A stretch of 63,996 nucleotides of DNA, filler included, from Atractiella rhizophila (Eukaryota): NCBI GenBank assembly GCA_021432655.1. It is 5 parts of 5 records of this genome, joined end to end, with 100 filler letters (N's around TTAATTAATTAA, not from the genome) between each part and the next. Parts side by side here need not be neighbours in the genome. Positions count along the whole stretch, not along the records: positions 1 to 15,414 come from MU271933.1; positions 15,515 to 30,869 come from MU271934.1; 3 more parts are not named here. One strand, given 5' to 3'. Shown piece by piece: positions 13,398 through 24,745 of this stretch. Position numbers and translations under genes: made by a program. A model generated the notes under the pieces. The model was given only the letters and a program-made list of their open reading frames with translations, searched no databases and had not been told where the DNA came from. The stretch's first letter is position 1; the number at the start of each line of letters is the position of its first letter.

Positions 13398-15414
13398 TTA
13401 TCCTCTGCGATCTCTCGCCTCTCTCGCTTGCTGCGAAAGAATGTTCAGTGCTTCTGCAGGTTGAAACTGCTGACCTCCTCGCTGCCTGCCCCAATGCTCT
13501 CGGAGCCATCCCATGACAAAGTTACCCACCTCCTGTACTGAGCGGCAACTGGCGACGCAACTATCATAGTCTCGTCGAGACACGACCTGGAGGTCATTTA
13601 GCGCATCCTTGAGCCTTCCTTTGCTTTGTTCTTCTCGCTGAGAATTCTGCTGCTGCAGAATTTGTGCCTGTAGCGGATGAATAGTCTGTTGAGTCGGGAC
13701 TGAAAGCACCCCAATCTGGAGCTCAGAGCGGGGACGATGTTGTAGTTGTAGAGGGCTCTGTATGGGGCTCTGAGCAGGAGCATGAAGCTGCCTAGCCTGT
13801 TGCTGTTGTACAACGGTTTGACGTTGCTGCTGAGAAAGGAGAGAGCGTGCTGTTGCAGGCTGAGGAAGAAGTTGTGAAACTGAGCGTTGTGGGATGAGAG
13901 GACTTGGTTGGAACCGCTGTTGTAAAAGCATTGAGCCATGTAAAATCGATTGCGCAGGCGACTGCTGCTGAAGAAGAGGACTTGATCCTTCATTACTAAG
14001 GGGGCTCGACGCTGGCGATGCACGAAGGTGTGCGAGGGCCCTTTGCTGGAGTAGAGGACTAGGTTGAACTCCTCTCTGCGGAAGCGAGGGGCTTTGTACT
14101 TGAGGCTGGGCAGCTGTCCCCGGGATTGGGGTAGGCGATTCGACTGGACATGCGGTATATTCGTGGTTTGGGCGAGACTCTCAAGGTGTTGAAGCGATCC
14201 AGGACTCTGCCGTTGTGAGGAGCCTTGGACTGGTCTTTGAAGCTGCTTCATCTGTTGCTGTGCCGCAATTGGACTTCGGAAGGTATGCTGTTGCGCAAAT
14301 GTTGAGCTAGATGTTAGGTTGTCTATTCGGCCAAGCGAGTCCTGCGAAACGAGAGGACTTGGCTGAATACGGTGCTGGAAAGACGCGAGGTTTGGGAGGG
14401 AGTCATAACGCCAGAGTGGGCTTGACTGAATGAGTTGAGTTCCATTCTGGATAGCAACTAACGTCTGCGCTCGCAGTTCCTCTTGGGCAAGATCTTTGTC
14501 GCGTTGTATTTGTATTGGACGAGGGCGTAAATTTTGCGGCTGTTGCTCCTGTCGTTGATGGTGCGAGGATGCTGACGGTGCTCCCATAGGTCCTGTGCTC
14601 ATCCCTTCGGCGGTCTGTGCGCTTTCCCCCAAGTTCCGCCGTCGTGAAGCCTCCAATGAGGATAATCTCAACATCAAACTAGCCTGGATCGACTGGTCGC
14701 TGCCTTCTTTAGCCTGTTCTTCTGTTCTTCGTGCGGCTGAGTAGTTTCGTTTCAGCTCTTCATCTGTCCACTGTCGTATCACTTCTTGCAGCTGGACAAT
14801 ATCTTGGACACTTTGTTGACTTGCGGTTGTCAGCGATGTGGAGATAGCAGGTTCCGTTGGTACAGCTTTCCTGCCAATGGGAGGAGCAGGATTGACAATG
14901 TGATCACTGTCAACACTGGCGCCAACACAAGGACTAGCAGTCTTAGTTGCCAAGCTAGGTTGAATGTTGGGAGCCGCATGACCGCATGGATTGTCGTCGG
15001 GTTGGGTTGCTCGGGCTACAGCAGCCTGCAAATGAGTTGGAAGTTTGAGCAACTTAGATGGTGACAGGGATGACGTCGTCGACGCGAGAGTGGGGGGTGG
15101 TAAGCCAGCTGCTGCAACAGGACCAGTGGCAGAGGATTCAGCTCCGACAAGGTTCTCTGGGTTGACGGTGCCTGGTGGTTCAGCTCCTGACCGCGGAAGG
15201 ATAGGTACAAGTTTGCGGCGCTTCTCCTCTTCCACGCTTGCCTTCAAATCGTCATCTGTGATGGCGGAATGTAGTACGTAGCTATTTATGAATCAGCTGA
15301 AACCTCGTAAATGAAGTGTGAAGCGCAAACGGACTCGTTTTCCAGGTTTTCTTTCCCTTCGCTCATCCTAGCTTTCTTGGCTAGCCTCCTTTCTGCCTGG
15401 TCTCTTCTCTTCCT
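13398..15414 (-). CDS. Q/S/P-rich hypothetical protein, 5'-truncated by the contig end, apparent frameshift near 14110-14200
   Basis: Overlapping ORFs 13598-15247 and 13398-13931 (open upstream to beyond 14110) share repeated QPSPL motifs. An intron near 15281-15334 leads to a K/R/E-rich exon cut by the linker. Confidence 0.65.
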
Positions 15415-15514
15415 NNNNNNNNNNNNNNNNNNNNNNNNNNNNNNNNNNNNNNNNNNNNTTAATTAATTAANNNNNNNNNNNNNNNNNNNNNNNNNNNNNN
15501 NNNNNNNNNNNNNN
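15415..15514. other. Artificial contig linker N44-TTAATTAATTAA-N44
   Basis: Identical 100-nt cassette with stops in all six frames, found four times in the window. Confidence 0.98.
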
Positions 15515-17113
15515 AAGTGGAGAGGAGCAAGATCTGAGCCGTGTCTGCTAGGATCTGGGGTTTCGTTTGACGGAGCTTCATGATCTGTAACCCTATGCAC
15601 ACGCATATCAACCTCAACAAGGTCCAACACATCGACAAATCGACGAGGAGACGGGAAGCGTACCAGTATAGCGATGATGGACCCTCCCACCGGTTCTCCA
15701 AACCAACTCTTCCCCCCTCTCCCCACCAAAGATCCTGCCCAACTCTCTCGCCTGACTGGCTGTCGAGGTGTCCTGACCATTAGGAGAATTCGGGAGAGTA
15801 GTAAAAGGAGCGAGATGCTGTAACAACTGAGCGTTTGGGGTATTTTGTAGGGAAGATAGTTTCGATAGTGTTGACGAGGAGAGGTAGACGGCTGCGTGTT
15901 GCTGTGGCCTCCGTCCATCAGCATCAAATGCAGGGACGAGAGGGATGTAAGGACTGACCTGTGCGCTCCCTGTTACGGCTACAATTCGAGAGATGTGTCG
16001 ACCGTCTAATCGACTCAGGAGGAGGTCGAGAGCTCGAATGTGCATCTCCGATGGAGAGGTGATTTCGTCCCCAAAGGCATGGCAGCCTCCTCTTGTCCTA
16101 CATCCCCAAGATCCCACAAACCATCATGTCAGCAAAACGTCCGCCAGAAGGAGTAGAGATGGAGATGGATAAACATAACATCATGAGTGATCAATGAATG
16201 GACGCCTCTCTAACCTAACCACACATGTATCCATGTAACATGCAAGCTCCAGTTTCCCAAGCAGCTCGAACTCCAAGGATCTAGTTGACTGACTAGTCTC
16301 ATCGCAAATTCCACATCCAGAATCGAGCTCATGGATCCGGCCGCTCCATGTTCATGTCCATGTACGGTAAGAAGGGAGAGGCAGAATTAACTTTGACAGA
16401 TGAGCTGTCTCCTCTTTGAGGTCTCCTCTCTAGGAATGCTTCTTCGCCTCGCTTGAACATCAATCGCGTCAGGCAAAGTAGAACACGTGAAGCGTATGGT
16501 TATTCAGTCATGGTAGCCTCCGGCCGAGAGAGGTCCTTGCACGTATCATTGGTGTTCGTGCTGAGCTCAACAGCTCAACAGGCTGTGTCGCTCACTCCAG
16601 CTTTTCAAGCTTTTTGCAATCTTCAAGGTGTCCAACATGCAACACCATGATATCGCCTTGCAATGTAGTTGGCCTCCAATGATCAACAGATCATTGTGCT
16701 GCAAGAATGATCAACGAATCTCAAAGGACGGTCAAACCATCACGAAGCCCTGCTAGCTCTACGATTGAATGAAGAGACGAGAGAAGAAGGAAGGACAGCT
16801 CCCCCTTCCCCGCCTGAACAGCCCACAGCCGACAGTTAAGAACTTTGAAAAAGGATAGGACGCGCGACGGCAGCTCCGAACGAAGACATGGCACTTCCTG
16901 CGCTGCACCTTCCCAGCGCATCCACCACACGAACGAAAGGTATTCGCAACACGTATCCCAACAGAGCATGAGGAAAGGAGGAAGGGCTGACCCGTATTCC
17001 TTGCAGTCTCTGTCGAACACGACGACGGTGGACCAGACGACTTCGAGGTGGTCGTCGAGCAGGAGGCCGCGGAGACACGTGACGGAGAAGTCGAGGGAGA
17101 GGATGAGGGCCAT
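15515..17113 (-). CDS. FGGY-family xylulokinase-like protein, N-terminal part (3'-truncated by the contig end)
   Basis: MALILSLDFSVTCLRGLLLDD...FDRD, then TRGG, MHIRALDLLL, IVAVTGSAQ/QHAAVY and PNGQDTST follow the order of XKS1 motifs (LGxDLSTQ, ALD, SGxGQQHG, PNWQDxST) but are divergent. First intron 16098-16991. Confidence 0.8.
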
Positions 17114-17300
17114 GGTCGCTGTGTGCTGTGCTGATGGAGGAAGAGGCTGAGGAGAGCTGATGGTCGGGAGTCTTTTGGGCAGAAGGCGATCGGAGCTCTT
17201 TCCAAACTTCACTCGCCAACTTAAACTCTGTTTAACGTGTTCTATTGCTTACTCAGCCGCACTTTCTGACTATATAGTTTGCATATTTGAAATGGAAACA

Positions 17301-17308
17301 TCACGTGA
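17301..17308. promoter_or_regulatory. Palindromic E-box TCACGTGA in the short divergent promoter between the FGGY gene and KIN1
   Basis: Exact TCACGTGA in a ~330-bp head-to-head intergenic region. Function is inferred only. Confidence 0.3.
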
Positions 17309-17442
17309 TGCATCATCATTGACACGCATCAATTCCCCAATCTTTCACTCGTCACAATCTCCTCATTTTATTCATCGACTATTCCTTATTTCCTTACTCC
17401 AGAGTAGCACCAGTAATACCTCCGTATCAGTGCCGGGCAGCC

Positions 17443-20103
17443 ATGAACGGCACCAACGGCTCGCTCACGCCGCGCGCCCCCCATCCCGCTGACCTCCTCT
17501 CCACCTCCCACCCCGACCGCTCGTCCTCCACGCCCGAACTCGAGATGATGCTCGACGGCGGGCTCAACCTCAAGCCGACCTCCAGGGCGTCAAGGTCGGC
17601 GCAGCACCGAGAGGGAGGGGACCTAGATGGGGAGGTGGGGATGGAGTCGTCCTCCTCCCAGCAGCAGCAGCAGACGCAGACGCAGAGGAAGGAAAAGGAG
17701 TCGTCGCAGAGGAGGGAGAAGGAAGCGTCGGCTGTTCAGAGGAGGGAGAGGGAGAAGGAGAAGGAGCGCAGGAGCACGAGGGATGGAGGGGGGGAGAGGG
17801 AGAGGCGGAAAGAGCGAACGCGTCAACTCGGAGAATGGACGCTGGGTAAGACCCTTGGAGCGGGCAGTATGGGTAAGGTGAAGCTAGGAGTCAACGCTAA
17901 GGGTGACAAGGTGTGTCTCCTCTATCACATGCTCACATGCTTCAGCCGAGGGATGGTGCAGCGTCTGGTGCGGTGCTGAACAGGGTTGGGGAAAGGTGGC
18001 GATAAAGATTGTGCCTCGTTACACGTCTACCGCCTCCGTGCACGCTCAGGAGAAGGCGGCGAGAGCAGCGGCGGCGGATCCGGCCGCGATGAAGGAGGGC
18101 GAAATACCGCCGGCGATGCCCACCAAGAGTTACATCGCCAAGGCTCACGCAAAAGATGTGAGCAAGGAAGTTCGAACCATCAGGGAGGCTTCGATCGTGC
18201 TCTTGCTCCATCACCCCTATGTCTGTGGAATGAAGAGCATGCTCGTCTTTCCGGGTCATTATTACATGGTTTTCGAGTATGGTTCGTCCTTCCTCCTTTT
18301 GTGTTTCCTTGGGGAAAATGTGGAGAAGGATTTTGATGTTGTGGCGACAGTGAATGGAGGTCAGATGCTCGATTACATCATATCCCACGGCCGGTTGAGG
18401 GAGAGACATGCCCGCAAATTCGCGCGACAAATTGGTAGCGCGTTGGAATACTGCCACGCAAACAGCATAGTGCACCGAGGTGCGCTTTCCACCTTCAAAA
18501 GCCGAAAGAGCTGATGGACGGGATGGGACAGATCTAAAAATCGAAAACATCCTCATCTCGAAGACCGGAAACATAAAAATAATCGATTTCGGACTCTCCA
18601 ACCTCTTCAGTCCCCACTCCAATCTAACCACCTTTTGCGGATCTCTCTACTTTGCAGCTCCGGAGCTTCTCAACGCGAAATATTACACCGGTCCGGAGGT
18701 GGATGTATGGAGTTTTGGCATCGTGCTCTACGTGCTCGTTTGTGGAAAGGTTCCTTTCGATGACCAGAGTATGCCCGCTTTGCATGCAAAGATCAAGAGG
18801 GGACAAGTGGAGTATCCGGCATGGTTATCAGGCGGTGTGTCCTCTCTCCCTTCTTTCTCTGTCAATGGTCAAGCTCAGACGAGAGCTGATCGAGTGCTGT
18901 TGCTTCTGTTCCGTGATGCTGACGGTGGTTGGTGTTGGTGTTGATGGGAAAGATTGCAAGTCTCTCCTCGCCCGCATGCTCGTCACCTCCCCCTCTCTCC
19001 GCGCCACCCTCCCTGAAGTCCTCCACCACCCCTGGATGGTCCGAGGGTTCGATGGCGCTCCCGATCCCCACATCCCTTTGAGGGAACCTTTGCGAGTCGG
19101 AGAGTTGGACGAAGAGGTGATCAGTGGAATGACTGGGTTTGAGTTCGGGACGAGCGCCGAGATACGAGAGAAGTTGGTGGAGGTTTTGGAGGGAGAGGAT
19201 TATGGAAGGGCGTTGAGGAATTGGGAGTTGAGACGGAGAGGCGCGGGTGGAGGGAGTACGGAAAGCTTTCCTAGTAGTGGTGGTGGCGAGAAGGGTTTTG
19301 GGTTTGAGAGGACTGGAAGTGGATTGGGCATTGGGATTGGAGCGAGGAAGTTGAGCCCGCATGCTCATAGTCCTAATAGGAGGTTTAGCGGTTTTGACTT
19401 TTATCGCAAGAAGATCGCTGGCGCTTTGGGTGGTGGGAAGGATGGAGAACATTTTCATGGAATTGGAGGACAGGGAAGTCCAGGGAAGGGAGAAGATGGG
19501 AAGGAACCGATGAATGGCCTCCCAGCCAATCGTACAGAAAATTGGGATCCGACTAGAGGATTCCATCCCCTCATTTCCATCTATTATCTCGTCAAGGAGA
19601 AGATTGAACGGGAACGCATCTACGGTCCTGGCGTCTTCGCCTCCTCCACCCTCTCTCTCACCGGTCCTCCTCCTCCGCCAGCCCCAGTCCAAGCATACGG
19701 GACGACAACAGCCACGCCTGGCGTATTAGAGGACATCCAGTCGGGCACGATCACCGCTTCGCCCTCAAATTACACTCCTGACCCGATCCCGAACATCCTC
19801 CCTCACTCCGCCTCCACACCAGCTTCCCGCGCTCATCAATCCGAAGCCCTCCCGATGACGCCGACGTCCAGTGGAATGGGCGAGACGAAGCGACACTCGC
19901 TAAGTATGGGAAGGAGGACGTCGCTGCAGACCCCGATACCAACGGCTATGTCCGCTCCTAATTCGCCAGCTCCTGGTGTGGGTAATCAGGCATTCGGAGT
20001 TGGCATTGGGGACGGAAGGAAGGAGAGGACCGGGACGGTTAGGAGGAGCGTGCATATCGATCCTTCCGGTGCCAGTGCGAATGCGATCACCAGACTGGTC
20101 TAA
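17443..20103 (+). CDS. KIN1: Kin1/Kin2 (MARK/Par-1) Ser/Thr kinase; C-terminal KA1 domain absent
   Basis: [76 protein letters not shown] and the Kin1-specific [16 protein letters not shown]. Confidence 0.93.
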
Positions 20104-21565
20104 CTCCTTTCACATGTTTTATGTCTTTCAGGACTACCAATAGGAAACTCTGAGCGTTGCGATAAAAAAGACAGTTGTAGGTGGTTTCTGTGACCTCTTT
20201 ATAGTTCGAATGGCTCTAGTTGTTTTCAGGTAAGAAAAAAACCAAGTCTCAAAGTAAAGCACATCTTGTGCGGCACGATAAGGCGGCGTTCGAGTAGTCA
20301 CTAAGAGTTAGTATTCCAGTTGTCTTCTGACTGGTTCTCAGACCATAACGGTCGATAACGGTCTTTACGCGGATTTGACGTCAGGCACCTAGGGCCCTTC
20401 GGTACCTTGGAAATGCTATTTTTAGAGTTTAGACTGTTAGTCTAGCGATAAGCGTCCGACGCTGACAAAGGAAGGACGCCTCCTGCCTCCCCCTCTCTTT
20501 CCGCCCTACTACCTACTTCCAAATCACCTACGACCACAGCCGCCCTGAGAACATAGTCCGTCACAGGGTAAGCTGCGCTGCAACTTTCTGCTCTCCTTCA
20601 CCACCACGCTCAGACTCGTCAGACCACGTTTCTTCTAACACTCAAAAGACGTCTCGCAAGACCCGCTACCCCCTCCAGAAAGAGGGAGAGAAAAAGAAAG
20701 AGAAAGGCACTTCCGCAAGAGCCTCCGCTATAGCGTTCAAATCTACATGCTGCTCACTGACTGCAGGCTACGACATCGCAGAGAGAACCACTGCTACGGA
20801 GGAGGTAAAGACTAAGATAAGGTCAGCCACGAGAGGGAGGACGCCGATGACTCCGGTCTAGCTATCTACCCTGAAAGCGCGTAAGCTTGGGCCTGAACTA
20901 AAGCGCTACAACGTGCGGATACGCTAGTTCTTGTCGCTACTCTAGAGAGGCCTCCCAGCTCTGACTGAAGCAGCAGCAGCAGACCTGGCTCTTCTCTGGG
21001 AACTCCATATGTCCGAACTACCTAAGCCTTAAAGGAACACATCCCGATCCTGAGGAGCGGTGCTTAGGGTGGAAAACGAAGCCGCAGGAGAGGTTAAGGA
21101 GGAGGAGGAGAGGAAGAGGAAGGAGGGATTACTTTAACTGGCAGAAGAGGCGGTGTCGTCGTCACAACCCTGCAAAGCAGAGAGGTTGGCTGTATACAGA
21201 AGAGGCAAGGCCTGACACTTTGTCTGCTAAGCTCTGTCGCACGGGAGGGTGTGAGCGCGGCGCTATTACCGGGGACGGGAGGCTTTATCAACTGTAGCCA
21301 GAGAATTAAAGGAGCAGGAGGAAGAGGTAGAGGCCTTAGCGGCGTGATGGAAGTAGGTGGACCCCGTTTCACGAGCGTCCGGGGAATAACGAGGGGAACA
21401 CATGAACAGGTGGTTATGATCGGGAGACAGCTACAGAGAACTTTAGGGGTAGGACGTTCGAGCAGCGTGCAGGTTCATTCGAGGGTTTGGAGGAGTGTTT
21501 TACAGGTCAGCTTCCTCGTCCACTTCCTCCACCTGGTAGGTGTGATCAGGGTAAGTGTAAGCGTA
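20091..21565. mobile_element. Degenerate transposon-like sequence ending at the N gap
   Basis: Abrupt compositional switch at the end of the KIN1 ORF. No long ORF, many TAG/CTA/TAA triplets suggesting C-to-T decay, and short recurring motifs (GACTGGT, ATAACGGTC x2). Family not identified. Confidence 0.5.
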
Positions 21566-22115
21566 NNNNNNNNNNNNNNNNNNNNNNNNNAGGGTACAAT
21601 AGGGTCGTTTTCTGCTTCAGTCAATTCATCGATCAATCAAGTTGTTAGAGCTGGTTCATCCGTTCCGAAGGACACTCTTTCACTTCAGAAGGTTGCTTCA
21701 ATTAAGTTCTTCCTTGATTTCCAAGAATGCGATATCATCGGTGTAATTCACAAACTCTCCCTCTTCTTTCTTCTTCTTCAGCCCTTTTCCCCTTACCATC
21801 TCCAAAAATTTGGGACGGACAGTCTGGAAGCTCCAACAGTGATCCCTTTTGCAGTCCTAGTTTTTGGGCTAGACTTGATGAAGTTCAGTGGAGTTTGGAT
21901 TTCAGTGTCAATACTACTTATGTCGGTCTATTTCTTATGCAATCCATACCCCAATCTCATCACGTCAAGACATCCCTGCTTGCAAGAAAATGTTGCATAA
22001 AGCGTCAGCATTGACCAATAGGTATATAACATTTGGTATCAAGTTTAGGGCATCATCATCATTATGTATATATGGATAGACAAGCGTCCATTGTCGCCTA
22101 AAACGTTTGATAACA

Positions 22116-23415
22116 TCAAATCCCAGCCTCTCTTGCCTTCTTCCTCTGCAGCCACCAGGTCGCTCCAAAAGCCAGTGCGGTAATGAGAGCATCTGGACCA
22201 GCCCAGAGCCCGATGGCAGCAAAGAAAATATCTGACAGGCTCATTTGACCTAAAACCACTGTTTAGCTACCAGACAACTTTTCCAATATAAAGGGAGATA
22301 ACTGACGCTTTTGCTTCGTTGCTGTCGATATGAGAGACGCATATTTGATGTACACTGTCCCCGGCTCTGTCAGCATCTAGAATCGGAACATGCAAGGGGA
22401 GTGCACCATTTAACACTGGCTGTTCAGTCGTGGAAGCAGTGCCATAAGTTCCTGGCGCAGAAGCCGAAGAAGGCTGAGGAATCCAGTCAATCGTCGTTTC
22501 ATATTCCACACTCTTCTTCCCATCCATCTTCTCAAGCGTAGTATGTCTGACCGAAAGATATGCTCTCGCTTGACCAGGCACGAAACGGAGGGAAGAAGAG
22601 GTTTCAACATCTCCTATCTTCTCCTTGATAGTATGTGCATCGTCAGACCATGGGTACAAACCGACGAGGAGGCACGGTTCTGCGTCGGGAACGGCGAAAG
22701 GATTCAAGGAAGTCGGTGGGGTGTAAGGGATCGAGAGAGCAAGGTACATCGACGGATCTGAGATACGGCATGCAGGTCCTGCTGCCGTGAGGTTGAGAGT
22801 GGCGACGTCATAACTTCCTAATCTCTCCTCAGTGTATGGCTTGACGCATCCTTCGCTCCCTGGTACAATCTTCGGATTGGCAGGACTTCCTTGCACGATC
22901 TTGAGGGTCGTTGAATTGCTCTTGAGTGCCAATGTGGTATTGCTTGAAGTGTCTGCTGCAATGACAAAGATAGGAAAGTTGACGGTCTGCGTTCCATCTT
23001 TCGTGAGATCCTGGTATGAAACCTCCGGAATGATGCTGTTGTATTTTGGACGGTAGGAGACGACAAATGCGATGAGAAGGACGAGTATGTAAAGCAGGGT
23101 AGTTGCGAGAAGAGTAAAATACCAAGGGATGGTGGTATCAAGCCATGATTTGGCGATTGCGTTCGCCTCCTGAGCTGAAACTGGAGCAGTTGAGTGGCTA
23201 GGAGGAAGAGCGGCAAGCTTTCGCTTTTCCTCGATCGAAGAGTACGACGGAACTTTAGAGTGTTTCGAGTGAAAACTGGAGCTGGAGTTCTCCCAACTGA
23301 GAGGCCAATCGAAACCCCTGCCACCAACTCTTTCCACTGTTGGCTGGGAAGGATGGAAGTCTACCTCCCCGGCGTCTGGGATAGGCATGAAAGCGCCAGC
23401 GTTGGTTCGTGCCAT
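22116..23415 (-). CDS. Two-TM membrane protein with a large extracellular loop; candidate DEG/ENaC/ASIC-superfamily-like subunit (396 aa spliced)
   Basis: Exons 23415-22407, 22354-22307 and 22249-22116 total 1191 nt, in frame. TM1 WYFTLLATTLLYILVLLIAFVVSY; post-TM1 VNFPIFVIA; FVPGQARAYLSVRHTTLEKM; C-terminus LNVYIKYASLISTATKQKRQMSLSDIFFAAIGLWAGPDALITALAFGATWWLQRKK. The gene model is fairly secure; the channel assignment is tentative. Confidence 0.6.
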
Positions 23416-24745
23416 GAAGACGAGGTTCGAGGGGCTTGCCAGAACTCCCGCGATAAGAGATAAGTATTGAAGCTAAGCTGGCTCTGCCTGTAAATAAGAA
23501 AGAATTGTCAGGCGCTGCCCACACGTCAAACGCACAGTTGGGGTTTTAATATCTCATCCGATTTGTGTGTCAGTCTGTACGTTCGTGGCATGATAGAGTT
23601 CATGACAGGTGCAAAGAACAGTAGTGGACAACACACTTGCATGCTCGCAGCAATCAATATGTCGTTACGCGGATATTTAAGACCTGAAAAAAGTGAACTT
23701 TCTGGCAGTCACAATATCAGAAAGGATACGATGACCTTTTGCAGATTTCTCTTTCTCCTCTTCTCAATGACACCAGAACATGTAAGGACAGGGCGGAGTC
23801 CAGGTACGGCATCACGGCTTGCCCACCCACCATGTTCATGAAGTTCATGCCCTGTCGTGAAAAGTGAAGCCCTAGGATGGACTTTGACAGCGACTCATCG
23901 ACTCGCGCAACTCATGTTGGTGCTGCGGTACTTTGAATGTGTATGAGCACACATATTCTGTCTGTAGCGGACACACATTTCTGCCGCAACTCAAGCAAGC
24001 AAAATCGCAGTTATATTGATGGATTTTGCGGCTCAAGACATTGCAATAGTACATAAACCATTATACCCATTCCTTACCCACTGAGGAGGTTACGCACTAA
24101 TTAGCCGTGGTGGCCATGGTAAAGCCAGATTCCATCTCCAGCAAGAAGAGTCATGGTTCCCGTCTACTGCTTCGACACCACTCTGGGGAATTCCCTGTCC
24201 TTCCAACACCTCTTCTCTCCCCATCATTCTCCCCCTCATTGCAACATTCAGGTCACGCATTAGGTGATCCTGTAATGATTGTTAGTATCTCTCCTTACTC
24301 CCCTATTCCGTCTCTTATGATTGTTACTTTGCTCTCTTGCATATTCGATGATTGTTTATGGTATCATTGGTATTTCATGTTTATATAAGGCCTATCGTAC
24401 AGCTATGTAAATTCAGACTTGTTCCCAGTCTCAACCTCGCATTCCGCACTCTCGCATTTCTAACCTTAACCTTTCCGTATACGCCGTATTCACAGTCTAG
24501 CTGGGTCACGAGATGCACTTCCCTCGCCAAACTTTTGGCTAGCCACTGCACGATTTCTGCTCTTCAGCTGCCTTTGCCAATCGGTGAGCACTTACTGAAT
24601 CAGAGCATTTATGAGTTCCTACAACTTCAGGTCAGTTTCGCGGCACTTGTACCACGTCAACCCATACCTAATTTTCTATTCTCTACATTCGAATGGCTTG
24701 TGGGTCTTCTCTCCAGCGATGTAGACGTTCACTGAGGTTCCGTGC

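Noticed and set aside
15415..15514. TTAATTAATTAA motifs recurring about every 15.4 kb
   Set aside because: Identical N-flanked six-frame-stop linkers. The periodicity reflects similar-sized concatenated contigs, so neighbourhoods across linkers are meaningless.
16210..16220. CTAACCTAACC (also near 58209) as telomeric sequence or a telomerase template
   Set aside because: Only two units, with no supporting structure; compatible with chance.
17942..19692. Long antisense ORFs (17942-18631, 18862-19692) and similar ORFs opposite the chitin synthase and GH92 genes
   Set aside because: Shadow frames of real coding exons with no recognisable motifs.
21700..21780. Minus-strand VNYTDDIAF resembling a reverse-transcriptase YxDD motif
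   Set aside because: The frame is short and stop-bounded, and no other RT motifs are nearby.
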